Shown here in pieces: positions 12,664-26,475 of a stretch of 64,000 bases of DNA. Position numbers and translations under genes: made by a program. The stretch comes from Octopus sinensis (Eukaryota), in contig NC_043008.1 of assembly GCF_006345805.1 (NCBI RefSeq), forward strand, positions 56,668,001 to 56,732,000. Reading direction: 5' to 3'. Numbering within the stretch: position 1 is the stretch's first letter; the number at the start of each line of letters is the position of its first letter. The notes beneath the pieces were generated by a model that saw nothing but the letters and a program-made list of their open reading frames with translations, had not been told where the DNA came from and made no database searches.

Positions 12664-14616
12664 CAAATATTAGTGTGTGCGTGTGTGTGTATGATTATAA
12701 GTATACAGGTGATAATCCATACTTTATAGATGTGTTTTTGGGGAAATTTTCAAAAGATATCTTCTAACTCCGATAGCCTATTGTGATATATTCCTTTGTT
12801 TTCGTCTCTGATTCGATATTTTATATTTGAAACTGTACAACAACATTATCTAGTGCATTCGCTTTTAAATATTACAATGTCCATTATATACTTGGAATTT
12901 ATCTTTTGAAAATATTTTTTTATATGTTTCTAACGTGCCTGAGTTTTGAGATAAACACTAGGTTGAATATTACTTCTCAATTATATCATTGCGACATTTC
13001 GAATGAGGAACTTTTTTATCCATCAAATTTGAGTGTCTATCTAGTATCAGTCTAAACAACAGATACTCACAGAAATGTGTGCGTATTTAATAACTTCCTT
13101 TCATAATATGCATGATGTATATATATATATATATATATATGAATAGAACACCTTTTCGATTCAGCTTAACTATCAATAGAAATTAGGATCCATACAATAG
13201 TATAAGAAAATATATATCACTGAGGTTAAAATTGAAATGAAATTAGTGTTATTATATTTAATGAACATTAATTATCTTATAGATACGAATTAGTGAGGAA
13301 AAGACACCAGAACTTCCACGACTGATATTAGCTGAATCATTTTAACAACTACTGGAGATAACTCCGCACAAATTGCGCTTCTGTAAGATATCCTGAGCGA
13401 AATATACACTTCATCGCACTTGCCGAAATAGTGATTAGATAATCAATAAGAATATGCACTACGTTGTAAAGGAATAGGTGGTGAGGTGGAGGGAATTTGC
13501 TTACTTTCAATTTAAAAATTGATCCACTGGGTAAAGTACTCACTCACATCATATGCATCTAAAGCAAATAGGTAAATTTAAGGAAATTACGTTTTCGACC
13601 CTATCCTCACCAATGGGTAAGAATGTTATCTAATGACAGAAAGAATACGATCGCAAACACGAGAGGACGAAAATCATGTACACCGAAGAATCTCTGATGT
13701 GACGTTACTCGTCAGAATGCGTAGCTCGAAGATCAAGGTGTCTCTCCAGGTGGAGCTTCTACATCTACGCATTTAGAGGTCATAGCGCCAGTAATAAAGA
13801 CATGCGACTAAAATCCTGCTGCAGGGAAAAATCGCAAGAAAGTGTAATGATAGCTTGCTTCTAACAGGACCCTATAGAGGAGGTGCCTGAGGTCACTACT
13901 CCAACGACCCTTCTAGAAAGCGTGCTCAAAGAAGATTGATGTATGGATGGATATTCTATGAAGGGACATTAAAGACTTGATCAGAAATACATGTTAGGCA
14001 TTCAATGCTTCAGTTACAGGATTTGCTGCGTTGCCGGTTTTGCTTTGTTTCTATCTTGATCTTTTTTTTAAATGTTATATACACAAACACATTTAGTATA
14101 CGTTTATATAACACCATACGCCATTTATCGACTGTTGCACGTTGTTTCAGTTCTGGATAATATCTTCTCTTCTCTATATTTACTGCACTTAATGTTTGAT
14201 GTATTTGAAAGATAATGAGTTTTAACAGTACACAGTTAGTATACAAAAGGTAGTCTTTGAGAAGTGTAAGAAAAAAGAAGGATAGATAAAGCAATATCGA
14301 GATGAACAAGATATTGGCTAACACTGATACTTCAAACACAAAGAATGCACTAGATAAACGTTTTTCTATACTTTTAAATATATAATGGAGAATTATAGAG
14401 AAAAACAAAAGGAAAATTATTCACTAAGCTTGTCAAATTTGAGAATGAATTGTGAAATATGCTAATTCATTCTTATCAACAAAACACATCCACAGAGTTT
14501 GTATAATCACCCACATACATATACATACTCACACACTAATGTTCGTGATATGTATATATCCAAACGAGCACTCGCAAACACAAGCACACACACGCATATA
14601 TATATATATATATATA

Positions 14617-14677
<61 letters not shown>

Positions 14678-14851
14678 CATATGTATGCACACAAGCACTC
14701 ACAAACATACAAAATACACAAAGATGTGCACGGATGTGTGTGTGTGTGTATCTATCTATCTCTAAATATATGTATACATATACATATACATATAAATATA
14801 TGTATATATATACATATATATATATATATGTATATGTATGTATATATATAT

Positions 14852-14939
<88 letters not shown>

Positions 14940-15094
14940 GGATAGATAGCTATGTGTAGTATGAATAAACGCTTGCATATTGAGTGCTCTAGAAACACGT
15001 AGTTTGTGATAAGCATCTACAATTGCTACGTGGAAGTGGATACTTCAAAGACAGCGGAAATTGATTGCATTGATACACGATTTTGTATTTTAAA

Positions 15095-15466
15095 ATAGCT
15101 GACTTGCCTCTAGCTGCAAATAGCTATTTCTGCTGAATCTGTACTCATAGGCTTCTATTACACGCTTTCTCTCTCTCTCTGTCCTTACATCCTCTGTCTT
15201 TCCCTACGCTGCATTGATAAGGGGCAACAACCCTGAAACGTCGTCTGTAGCTGTCTGACTGGCCGGATGAAGCGGCTGACCTCCCTTGTTTCAAAGGTTT
15301 AAAATGGACGCAGTTTGTGTGTCAAATAGCTAGCTTAAGGCGATGGCCTCATGGAGCTAATCAGCGACAGCTTTAGTCTTATATTTATAAGACTGCCATA
15401 TTAGTATGGCGATAACTATTAATTTCCAGTAACGCTGTCGTAATCTCCTTTAGAGAGACTTAGTAA

Positions 15467-15475
<9 letters not shown>
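15095..15475 (+). mobile_element. Hammerhead-bearing repeat fragment, homologous to 25272-25455
   Basis: 15270-15470 aligns by eye with 25272-25455 (GCGGCTGACCTCCC...GACTGCCATATTAG...TTTAGAGAGACTTAG). The hammerhead is at its 5' side. Confidence 0.65.
15208..15251 (+). ncRNA. Minimal type I hammerhead fold with U3-A8 core variant
   Basis: GCTGCA-TTGATAA-GGGG(CAACAA)CCCT-GAAA-C(GTC)G-TC|TGTAGC. 6-bp helix I, 4-bp helix II, GUC cleavage triplet. Confidence 0.65.
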
Positions 15476-15511
<36 letters not shown>

Positions 15512-15529
15512 ATATATATATATATATAT

Positions 15530-15572
<43 letters not shown>

Positions 15573-18500
15573 AAACATACAAGTGAGAGAAATAGAAAAA
15601 GCAATTCACCAGTTGTCTAGAATCTCACCCACCAGTGACTGATGCAAGATGGGTCGAAACGATCGTTGTGATTAATAAAGAATCTCGTGAATTTCATTTT
15701 CTCTTTCTTTCGTGTTATATACTCCACAGACACGGAGGAATTCCTGGAGTAAATTCAGTGGCATTTCTATCCATACTGTTGATATCATTAGGTAGCCAAA
15801 GACGGTGAACTTTATTTTCATCAGCATACTACCAGATGTATACCCAAGTCTAAAATAATTACCTATATTATATATTTGGTTGTTTCACATGAAATGTCGC
15901 ATTTTTAATTATTTGTTATTTCAGTCATTTAAAAACTCAATTATGTATATATATATTGTTAACGCCATAAGAATTTATAAATTTCCAAGAGAATGTTATA
16001 TTGTTTGTTTTCTGAAAAAGCTGAGCTCGAAGCACATAAAGCTGCAAATAATAGCTTGTAAATTTGGGGTTGTAAAAACCCCATTGATTACAAAAGGTTG
16101 AAAGCTGTGGTCGGGACTCAAGAACAGATATCCTATTATGTCTGCTGTTGGACAAGATTAATCCTTCCAAATTCTTTATCTACAGGCTGGGACAAAATTG
16201 AGGCTTAGAATAAATTGAAGACGCTCCAGAATTCTCAAAGATATGCTTTAAGTTCTCTAAAATTTAATAAAGAGATAAGATACATAAAATAAGGATGTAT
16301 ACACACGTAAGTGTACAGTGGAGGTGCGTGGCTTAGTGGTTAGGTTGTTGGACTCATGATCATAGAATTGTGGTTTCGACACTGTACAGTTGAGGTACGT
16401 GTCGTAGTGGTTAGGTTGTTGGACTCATGATCATAAGATTGTGGTTTCGACTCCTGGATGCGTTGTGTTCTTGAGGAAAACATTTCATTTTACGTTGCTG
16501 CAGTCCACTTAGCTGGCAAAAATGAGTAATCCTGCGACGGAGCGGCGTCCCGTCCAGGTGAGGAATATATACGCCATGAAACCGAGAAGCTGGGCCATAT
16601 GAGTCGGTATGACGTGAGAAGGTAACTTTACTTTTAATTCACTTCATCTACTTGTACATGATGAACAAAATGAATAATTATCACTTAATACAAATTTTAA
16701 AAATCAAGTACTTTGGTGCGTGATTCTGAGCCATCCTGTAATTTAGACCTTTTGCTCTCACCATTCAGAATTGTATGCTGTTGATGTCATCAGAATTTAG
16801 AAATCTTCGGGAGAACGTTTGTATGTGTATGTGTGTTAGTGCTTCTGTTTTTCACCCACATCAGTAGCCATTTGCTGTCGGTTTGTTTGCGTCTCTGTAA
16901 CTTAGCGTTCAGGAGAAGAAAGCAATAGCACAACCATCACGCTTAAAAGGAAATACTGGGGTCAGTTCGATCGACTAAGAAGGCGCTGCTTCAGTATGGC
17001 TGCAGTCCAATGATTGAAACAAGTCAATGAAAGTGCACAAGAGGAAGCGATATAATTTATATTCATAACGGTCTGCAGACGTTAAATTTCCCCAGACAAA
17101 CGTAATCAGTTTTATATATACATAAATATATATCAGACTAATGCGATTATGAATTGTTTTTATCTCAAATATAAGAATAATTTATGGACATTTTGTATTA
17201 ATTTTTCAAAAACAATTCCACAGTACTTCAAAGCTCTTCACTCTTTCCATGTCTGATATTACTTTAACATAAGAGAGAAAACATAGTGATGTGCCCAAAT
17301 TCATGGTACTTGGTTCAGTCTCTTTGCTCGCAACCTTGGACTAATGTTTTCTGCTACACTTCCTAGGCTGGGTGACCGATGTCTTGTGAACGAACCTGGT
17401 AGTCGAAAACTGTATTGCAAACGTATGTTTGAATATATTTTGAAGAATCGGAAAATTCCGCTTATACCTGATTAATTTGTTGATATCTTTCCAGCCTTAT
17501 GGTTTAAAGTCTCAGGAGGATAACGCTTTTGCCTTTTTACTTTTTAGTTATTAAGTTTTCGTTTTCCGTTTTTTAACCTTCCGCGTTTTCTATATGCTTC
17601 TTTCTCAGCTTTTCACGTTTCTTCTCTTATTCATTTTTTTTTTAGTTTGTGACATGTGGTTTGTTCCTGATAAATATGTTTGTGGTATTTTTTTGCATGT
17701 GAAACCATTAGTAGCACTTCAAGAATTGTATTTTGTTTCTTAAATAAACAATATTTATCTCTCACCGGATAGAGTACTTTTATTTTGTTGATTAATATAT
17801 TGTGGTTAATGTATTCGGCTCACGATCACAAGGTCACGAGTTCGATTCCCGGTGACGCGTTGTGTTCTTAAGCAAGACATTTTATTTCGTGTTGCTGTCG
17901 TTCATTCATCTGGAAAAATTGAGTGGTACCTGTAATTCAAAGTACCAGTCACATTCTGTGTCAAGCTGAATCTCCGTGAGAACTGCGTTAAATGGTTAAG
18001 TATCTGTTGATATGTCAACCATTTGCAACTTAATTTTACCTGCTGCCTGTTTGGCTGATCGAATAAATCACTCATATATATATATGCGTGTGTGTGTGTG
18101 TGTATATATATATATACACAGATGAAGCTGAACATGCACAGCTTAATAAGTTGTTGAAACAATAGTATAAGTAACTTTCTTAATTAGACATCTAAATTCT
18201 TTGATTATCCATCACGATGGCGCTCAACAATTTTTCTAATTTTTGGTGAGTAATTAACATCATTATGAGAATGACCATGGAGTTTAATCAGACAGTTAAT
18301 GTCTTAATGCTTAACAATAAAGATTATAAAGATTATTTATGATTTAGACAAAAGGCCAGCGTTTTGAGACGATTTAGTCGATTAAATTAATCCCATTGAT
18401 GTGGCGTGATTTATTTGTAGATGTAAATAATTTATACTTTTGATCTGGCTGGATTCGACATGGGGCATGTATTTTAAAACCTCTGTTATGCAAATATCTA

Positions 18501-18757
18501 GCTACACGGAACATTATTACTTTGGACAGCAAGCAATTATAATTATATGGGTTATATAAATCTGAAAAGATTTCGACTATGTAAAACTGGGCTTAAAAAT
18601 TGGATACAATTCTATTCATATACAGAGAGAAGATAAATAGACAGATAGATACATATATTGATAAATAGACAGATAGATAGGTTGATAGATAGATAGATCG
18701 ATAGATAGATAGATAGATAGATAGATAAGGAATTTTTAGTTAAAGTTGATAACTTAC

Positions 18758-18897
18758 ATCTCTGAGTTTTCCATCTTTAAAGAAACCCACACTGTTCCAT
18801 TCAAATTGATTTAAAGATTTTTGGCGGTAATTCAAAATTCTGTAACGAGCTGGACCATCTCCATTTGGCAGAAAGGTGAAATTTTGGCCACTCAATC
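18758..18897 (-). CDS. mGluR-family exon (GLSGQNFTFLPNGDGPARYRILNYRQKSLNQFEWNSVGFFKDGKLRD)
   Basis: Part of ORF 18740-18994. Acceptor ttttgcAG|GA, donor GAT|GTaagt; 140 nt, phase 1 to phase 0. The GDGPARY.I.NY motif is typical of the end of the flytrap domain. Confidence 0.95.
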
Positions 18898-19956
18898 CTG
18901 CAAAATACATGTGAAATATTGGAATATGTTTAAACACTACACCGTACTTACATTCGTACACTTCACTTATTACATTCACTAAATACGATATCATTCATTC
19001 ATCTTTACTCAACAAATATGAGTAATAATCGAGTTATTTTGCTACTGTTATTAGTGCAGATTGTTGTTTTTAGTACAGATAAGCTATAAATATTCAGGGA
19101 CTAAGTTCAAAGGCATTTCTACTCCTGCATCTATTTATTTTCGGGATTATATCAAGAAGAAATTGAATATATCACTCTAGTGGTAGTTTGGCAAGTGGCT
19201 TGATATCAGATCATGTATGGCAACTCCATTATCTGGGAGGGTAATGTGTATAGATTCTTCAAGAACCGCTGTTTTAGGGTCCTATCAGAAGCAACCGTCA
19301 TGGCATTTTCCGGCTGCATTTCCAAGCATGACCGACTAAGGCTATGGACATTAGCTGTTTCGTTCATAATGCACCCCTACCAGTTAACTTAACTTCGAGA
19401 ATCCATCTTATTAATAATTTCCGCTACATTCTAATCACATGTTCGTAGCATCGGAACTGTGACCTCTCATGGAGGAGATGTAATGTCTCGATCCGGAGAA
19501 ACTCTCTGATCTTCGTGTTATACATTGAGTTAAATAGTTAAATAACATTTCTCCAGAGATTGTTCAGAGAAACTTCATTTCGCCTACTTCTATACACGAT
19601 CGTACCATTTCAACCATTACCCAACATTCGTGACCATAACTGGGGACAGGCACAAGGCCGAACTGAAGGTAATGAATTTTGCATTTTTTTTTTTACCAAT
19701 CTCTCTTCTTCTGAGAATCGAATCCTGGAGTTGACGAATTACTGTGTCATCACATATGAACGCGACCCCGAGATCCTTAAACATCTCCACTTGTCTCGGT
19801 GATACACCACTAAGTGGAAGAGTGCAGGGAGTAGACCCTAACCCTAAAATTACCAATTCTTATCCCTACCTTGCAGCATCTGGTAGCAAAGGTGTTCAGT
19901 CTGGAATAGTTATATCGTGAAAGAAACATGTTTACATTACAGAACTCGCAGAGTCT

Positions 19957-20169
19957 ACTCTCTCTTTACTCTTTACTCTTTTATTTGTTTCAGCCATTTG
20001 ACTGCGGCCATGCTGGAACACCGCCTTTAGTCGAGCAAATCGACCCCAGGACTTATCCTTTGTAAGCCTAGTACTTATTCTATCGGTTACTTTATCCGAA
20101 CCGCTAAGTTACGGGGACGTAAACATACCAGCATTGGTTGTCAGGCGATGTTGTGGAGACAGACACAGA

Positions 20170-20211
<42 letters not shown>

Positions 20212-20233
20212 CACATTACACACACACACACAC

Positions 20234-20287
<54 letters not shown>

Positions 20288-20442
20288 ACATATACATGAC
20301 GAGCTTCTTTCAGTTTCCGTCTACCAAATCCACTCAGAAGGCTTTGGTCGGCCCGAGGCTATAGTAGAAGACACTTGTCCAAGGTGCCACACAATGGGGA
20401 CTGAACCCAGAACCTTGTAGTTGGTAAGCAAGCTACTTACAG
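19957..20442 (-). mobile_element. SINE family 1 copy
   Basis: Full tail, (CA)n/(TA)n spacer and body. Confidence 0.85.
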
Positions 20443-20710
20443 CATCGTACGTTGATACTCCAGATGACTTCGATTACGAACTGAGTTCAGTTGATTTAAG
20501 TTAGTGTAAATTAATACTACAAATACAAAATGTCAAAAATTTCGTCGCATTCCTGCAAATTCATTACTGACAAAAGTCCACTATAACTACTGGAAATTAG
20601 TTACTAGCATTTCTATGCGCCTCATTTCTTTCTTCCTTTCCGTTCAGCTATTTTAATTTCTCTTTCTCCAATTGTCCCACTCAATCTATTTCTCTCTCAC
20701 CGTCTCAGTT

Positions 20711-20765
<55 letters not shown>

Positions 20766-21513
20766 AATCTCACTCTTTCTATGTTTCCGCTTTTTTTGTT
20801 TTGCCTTATCTTAATTATAACATGCATCAATGAGAAAATTGAGTCTCCTATGTACTAGTGAGATTTAATTACTTTTGAAACCGAAATTTATAAATTTTGA
20901 AAGTTGTTGAGGTCACTGCGGCAGCTTCATCGCTTCAAAGTGGATTTTTTGAGATAGTTTCATTCAAATCGCATTTTTTCTTCTTGTAAAACCAGCAACT
21001 GTATGTAGCTTGAAATTATATATATATAGATAGCGAGCAGAATCAAGCTAATTCCATTTCTAGCAGACAAGATGTCCAGTACTGAAGAGAGACAGAAATA
21101 GCCTAAAACCAGGCAGGTCTGCTAGTTCCGTCGCTAGAAGGTGGTAGGGTTTTAGGATTTCTCTCCCTTGCTCGCAATATCTTAGATGCAGGTGTGCATC
21201 GTCCACCATCTAGAGAAGATATCCTCCAAGGCTTAAAAATTTGCAAGTAAAGTCCGGTTCGAACGGATAGCCAGGTTGGAGTGGCTACGACCAATATACA
21301 TATATATATATTATATATATATATATACGTGTGTGTGTGTGTGTGCATCACTGTATTTGTATATATATACAAAACTGTCCTACGAATGGGAACGTGAAAC
21401 TCTGAGTGACAGCTTTTGCTATATTTCTGCCGCTTTTAAATAAAGCATATTACTCTCCTCTGGTATTTGAGCACTCTTTTTTCCACCTTGTTTCACATTT
21501 ATGTGCTTACTCT

Positions 21514-21561
<48 letters not shown>

Positions 21562-24012
21562 CACGCACACACACATACATATAGGCATAGATGCATATAC
21601 ACATATATTTATATGTATACATAAACGCACAAATATATACGGGTTTCGATATAACTCTGAAATGTACAAGAGCGTGGGCATGTGTGAGTGTTTATATGTA
21701 TGTGTGAGTGAAAGAGAAAGGGAGAGAGAGAGAGAGAAGGAAAGTGCGAGAGAGTGACTATGTGAATCCTAATTATACAACTAGATATTGCATAGTTATA
21801 TCACAAAACATTCTCTTGTTCATTTTCGTACAATGCACTTACGAGGAGGTTCAATAGCAAATAACATTAAGGAAAAAAAAACCAATTGCAACAATTCTAC
21901 GAAATTAATGAATCACTTTAACACAGGACACAAAGAACGCCATTGAATCCAAAATTTCAATGACAACGTTCATATATGTAATTTGACGCGTATTCTAAAA
22001 CCTGATGTATAATCTGTATTAAATGATGTAAAGCTATAGATAATAGAACGAGGCGTGTGAAGATGAAGTGAAGCAGCATGTAAGGTGTGGATTTAAATTG
22101 TCTTAGTCTTATTTTATTTTCAAGTTTCACCTTGTGTTGGATGTGCAACTAATCCACAATTAATCTATAGTGTATATGTCACGGAGAGCCTGTGTGTGTA
22201 TTTATGTGTGCATGGACATTTGGCATATAAACAATTGGCAAGCACACACACACACACACACACATACACACATACACACACACATACACACACACACATA
22301 TATATATTGCACTCACACACACTCATATTCATATACAGGCGAGTGTGTTGGCATATGTATGTTTAAAACTAATTGGACAATTATATTATATACTAAATGT
22401 ATTCTATAAAGAAAGCGTTGTTTAAAAATTGTATTGTTTCATTGTTTTTGAAATCCTGTGAATTTAGCAGGTTTTCAATTCAAGGAGCAGCAACATATTC
22501 TGGAATTCAATGAATTCTAGTTTTCTAATGGTTTTGTTAGAATCGGGTGATCTACAACGTAAACTAAACTCATTGTCCAACACCACTAATAGCAGCAATT
22601 AAAAAAATGTTTCTATTATGTGGAAATATTAACGCAACATGTAGCAAGCTGGCGAAAGTGTTAGCATGTCGGAGAAAATACAGCGTGTCATTTCTTCCGG
22701 CTCTGTACATTATGAGTTCAAATTCAACTGGGGAGGATATAGTCGTTCATCCTTTCGGGATCGATAAAATAAATAAAGGTTGAGCGCTTGGGTAGATGTC
22801 ATCGACATACCTCCTCTCACGAATCTGATAGCCTTGTGTCAAAATTTTAAACCAATATTAATAGCAGCAAAAGTGGCGTGAAGCTGACAGAATCGTTAGC
22901 ACCCGGAGCAAAATGGTTAGCGGCTTCTCGTCCATCTTCACGTTCTGCGTTCGAATTCCGCCGAGGTCGACTTTAGCTTTCATCCCTTCGAGCTCGATAA
23001 AATAAGAACCAGTTAAACACTGGGGTCGATGTAACCGACTTTCCCCTCACCTAAAACAGCAGTCCCCGTGCCAATATTTAGAACCAACATTAAGGCAGAA
23101 AATGTAGCGAGCTGGTGGAATCGTTACCACGTCGGAGAAAGTACTGAGTGTCATTCCTTCCGGTTCTTTACATTCTGGGATCAACACCCGTCAAGCTAAT
23201 ATTGCCGTTAAGCCTTTCGAGGACGATAGGATAAATATCATATAAGTAGCTAGGGTCGCTGTCCTCGACTCTACTCGTCCTCAAATTAGTAAATATATAA
23301 ATGAAGCGAGCTGACGGAAACCTTAGCCCTTAATCGACTAACCATCCTCAGCATTAAATTGCTAGCCTGTGGAGGTGGACTTCGTATTTCATCCTCTCGG
23401 TGTTGATAATAGATTACATTTACCCCAGGGAAATACTAGAATATATGTAACCGGCTTGCATCTGTTCCATGAATTCGCTGACCAAATTTGGAAACCAAAA
23501 GCCGCAAAATGACAGAATAGTTAACGCATCTGACAGAATGTTTAGGGGTATTTCTTCTGGCGCTTTACGTTCAGATAGCTTAAATTCCGTCGAGGTTCAT
23601 TGTATTTTCAATCCGTTCGGGGTTGTAAAAATGAAGTACCAGTCAAGAATTGTGGTTGATATAATCGACAGACTCCAACCAACCCAAACTTGGTGGCCTT
23701 GTGCCAAAGTTTTGAAAGAATTTGGAGCAACATTGTTACAAAGTTTTATGGTAAACTGCACTTTTACCGGTAACTTCGTTGTTGTTGCTACCATTGAGGT
23801 TTAGCTAAAGAACAGTTCTGAATAGTGCATTGATCGTATGTATGAAAATGCATATTGCACACACACACACACATACACACACAAATATAGATAAATAGAT
23901 ATGGAAATAGATTTTATATATATCTACATGTTTAAATCTATCTCCGTATACCTATACATAACTATATATACATTATACAGGTCTAAATATTCGAGTACAT
24001 ACGTGTATACAT

Positions 24013-24053
<41 letters not shown>

Positions 24054-25132
24054 TATATAAGACTAATTCATATACACACATATGTGTGTGTATATATATA
24101 TATGTATATATATATACTTATATAAGCATACACACACATGTATAAGTGAACACACACGCACACACACACATATATATATATACTTATATAAGCATACACA
24201 CACGTATGTATACGTGAACACACACGAATACGCATACACACACTTCATACGAGCACAGTAACTGTTCATTTATCTCCACATTTCAAATGAATATCTATAG
24301 AATAGAGTTCATTCCAAAACAAAAATAATAAATAATAATAATAATTAGTTTCAAACCTTATCAATAAATACATACTCGGACGTAATACCTTTGTATTTAA
24401 ATCCTAATGAAAACAAAAGAATGCAGCGTACACCATTATGAACCGAAATCCACCAAAAGTTATGATATATATAAGACCTTATATTACATCTCTTCAGAAA
24501 ATATTCTAAATTATATTTCTAAACATTTCCATTACACTTTCTCAATTATTCCTTTGTGAAACATGTGGAAGTATTCTATATATTCAATAAAACTTCTTAC
24601 TTAAGTGGCAGAGATTGTGTAATGCATAATGCATGGGAAATAAGTGTCGTTATTTGTACGATTTCTGTATTTGGAGTTTATTATTTACTTGGTTTTAAAT
24701 TATAACTCTGAAACCGTGTATACTTATCACAGCGCAGTTGTACATAAATACATATATGTGTATGTATATATGTGTATCTATGTGTATATACATACAAACA
24801 CACATATATGTATATATACATTCAAACAAACACAGATACACACACACACACACTCATGTTGTTGATGCTATATGTATTTATAAATTTCGAGAGAATGTAA
24901 AATAATGATGTCGAAAGTTTATAAACTATTTAGATGTTAAGTAAATACAATTTTCCCTTGTTTATAATAAAGTTAATAAAATCTGCAAAGAAACCCGAAG
25001 ATTTAGTGTGGTCCACTGGTAGAATGTCTACTGGAGATGTGCGTTCGAATCCAACGGGCAGACTTCGACTAAAAGGGTTCCTTTAACCCAATAGTTACAT
25101 ACTACTCTTTATAGATTCTTCGTAATCCAGTA

Positions 25133-25410
25133 CTAATATGGCAGTCCATAAATATAGGACGAAAGCTGCCGTTGATTAGTCCCAAGTGTCCATCGCCTCT
25201 AGTTAGCTATATGACACACGAACCTGTGTCCATTATAACCTTCGAATAGGTGAGGTCAACCGCTTCCCCTTGCGGCTGACCTCCCCTGTTCGAAGGTTAT
25301 AATGGACAAATGGACACAGGTTCACGTGTCATATAGCCAGCTAGAGGCAATGGCCTCTTGGAGTTAATCAACGGCAGCTTTCGTCCTGTATTTATGGACT
25401 GCCATATTAG
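25133..25410. repeat. Long foldback (131/139-bp arms, 8-nt loop) made of two head-to-head copies of the 15.3-kb repeat family
   Basis: 25133-25263 is the reverse complement of 25272-25410, roughly 85-90% identical by eye, with one 8-nt indel. Confidence 0.9.
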
Positions 25411-25478
25411 CTTGGCGATAACTATTAATATCCAGTACCGTTGCCGTAGTTTCCTTTAGAGAGACTTAGAAATAATAA

Positions 25479-25580
<102 letters not shown>

Positions 25581-26288
25581 GTTCTAGAAGTAGTCTTTTC
25601 AACCCCAAGGAACCAGACCAATTTCCCCGCCTGAATTCATCGGTAACGGTCATTTCTCATGGCTTCGGGTCGACTCATACCTTGTGAGTGAAAATGCCTA
25701 ATACAGAAAATGTACAGTAGCTCGTCGGGTGTATTGTACACTTAACTAAAAACGTACAATCTCTCAATGTTTTTACTAGCCTGATTTTTCCTGACAATTA
25801 CATGAAGTATACACATGTCTGTCTAATCGTCAGTCACTTACACGATAATTTAGGAGCGGGTTATTCGTTTGATCTAACAAATGAATTTTTGTCTTTGAAC
25901 GACGGATATTGGGTAATAAATTCATATGTAACTACATACATACAATAGTCGTTAAACATCTTGTCGGATAATAAATGTCTATAAAATTTCTCTGGTATAT
26001 CATATATGTAAATATTAATGTATACACTTGTATATAGATGCGTAAATACATGTATATATGTGTATGTGTGTATGTATATACATATATATTGACATATATT
26101 ATAAATAACAAAATTAACCAGTAAATCTGATATACTTATTTAACAAGATTTTTTTTTACTACTAGCGGCTTCAATTAATCATTACCTATACTTTTCTTTC
26201 ACTAGCTTTGATTGAATTAAGCGCAATTCTATGAATATAAAATTTGTAGCCACTTTAGTATTGCCACAAATTGTTACACAACGCTGGT

Positions 26289-26475
26289 CTGATTTTGCAT
26301 CTGTGAGATCCTCGAGCTCTTAAAGGACCCTACATACATGCATCTTTCAAAACCAGCTAAGTAATGGAACCTGTTCACTGCTAGCATGAAATACTATTGT
26401 AAATTCTATGTTACGCCACTTCAAATTATTTATTAAATCTCAAGTATAGTGTTCGCTAGCACTTCCATTTCACAA
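26289..26475 (+). repeat. 187-bp unique sequence duplicated at 28802-28988
   Basis: Direct repeat; one mismatch seen (ACTATTGT vs ACTCTTGT). Confidence 0.9.

Noticed and set aside
13690-13735. CTGATGT-GACG…CGTC-AGAAT motif
   Set aside because: Lacks GAAA and helix I; it lies in an old dispersed repeat also seen inverted at about 19.2-19.5 kb.
15630-15675. CTGATGC…GAAACGATCGTT hammerhead-like motif
   Set aside because: Palindromic helix III is present, but I could not form helix I or a credible helix II.
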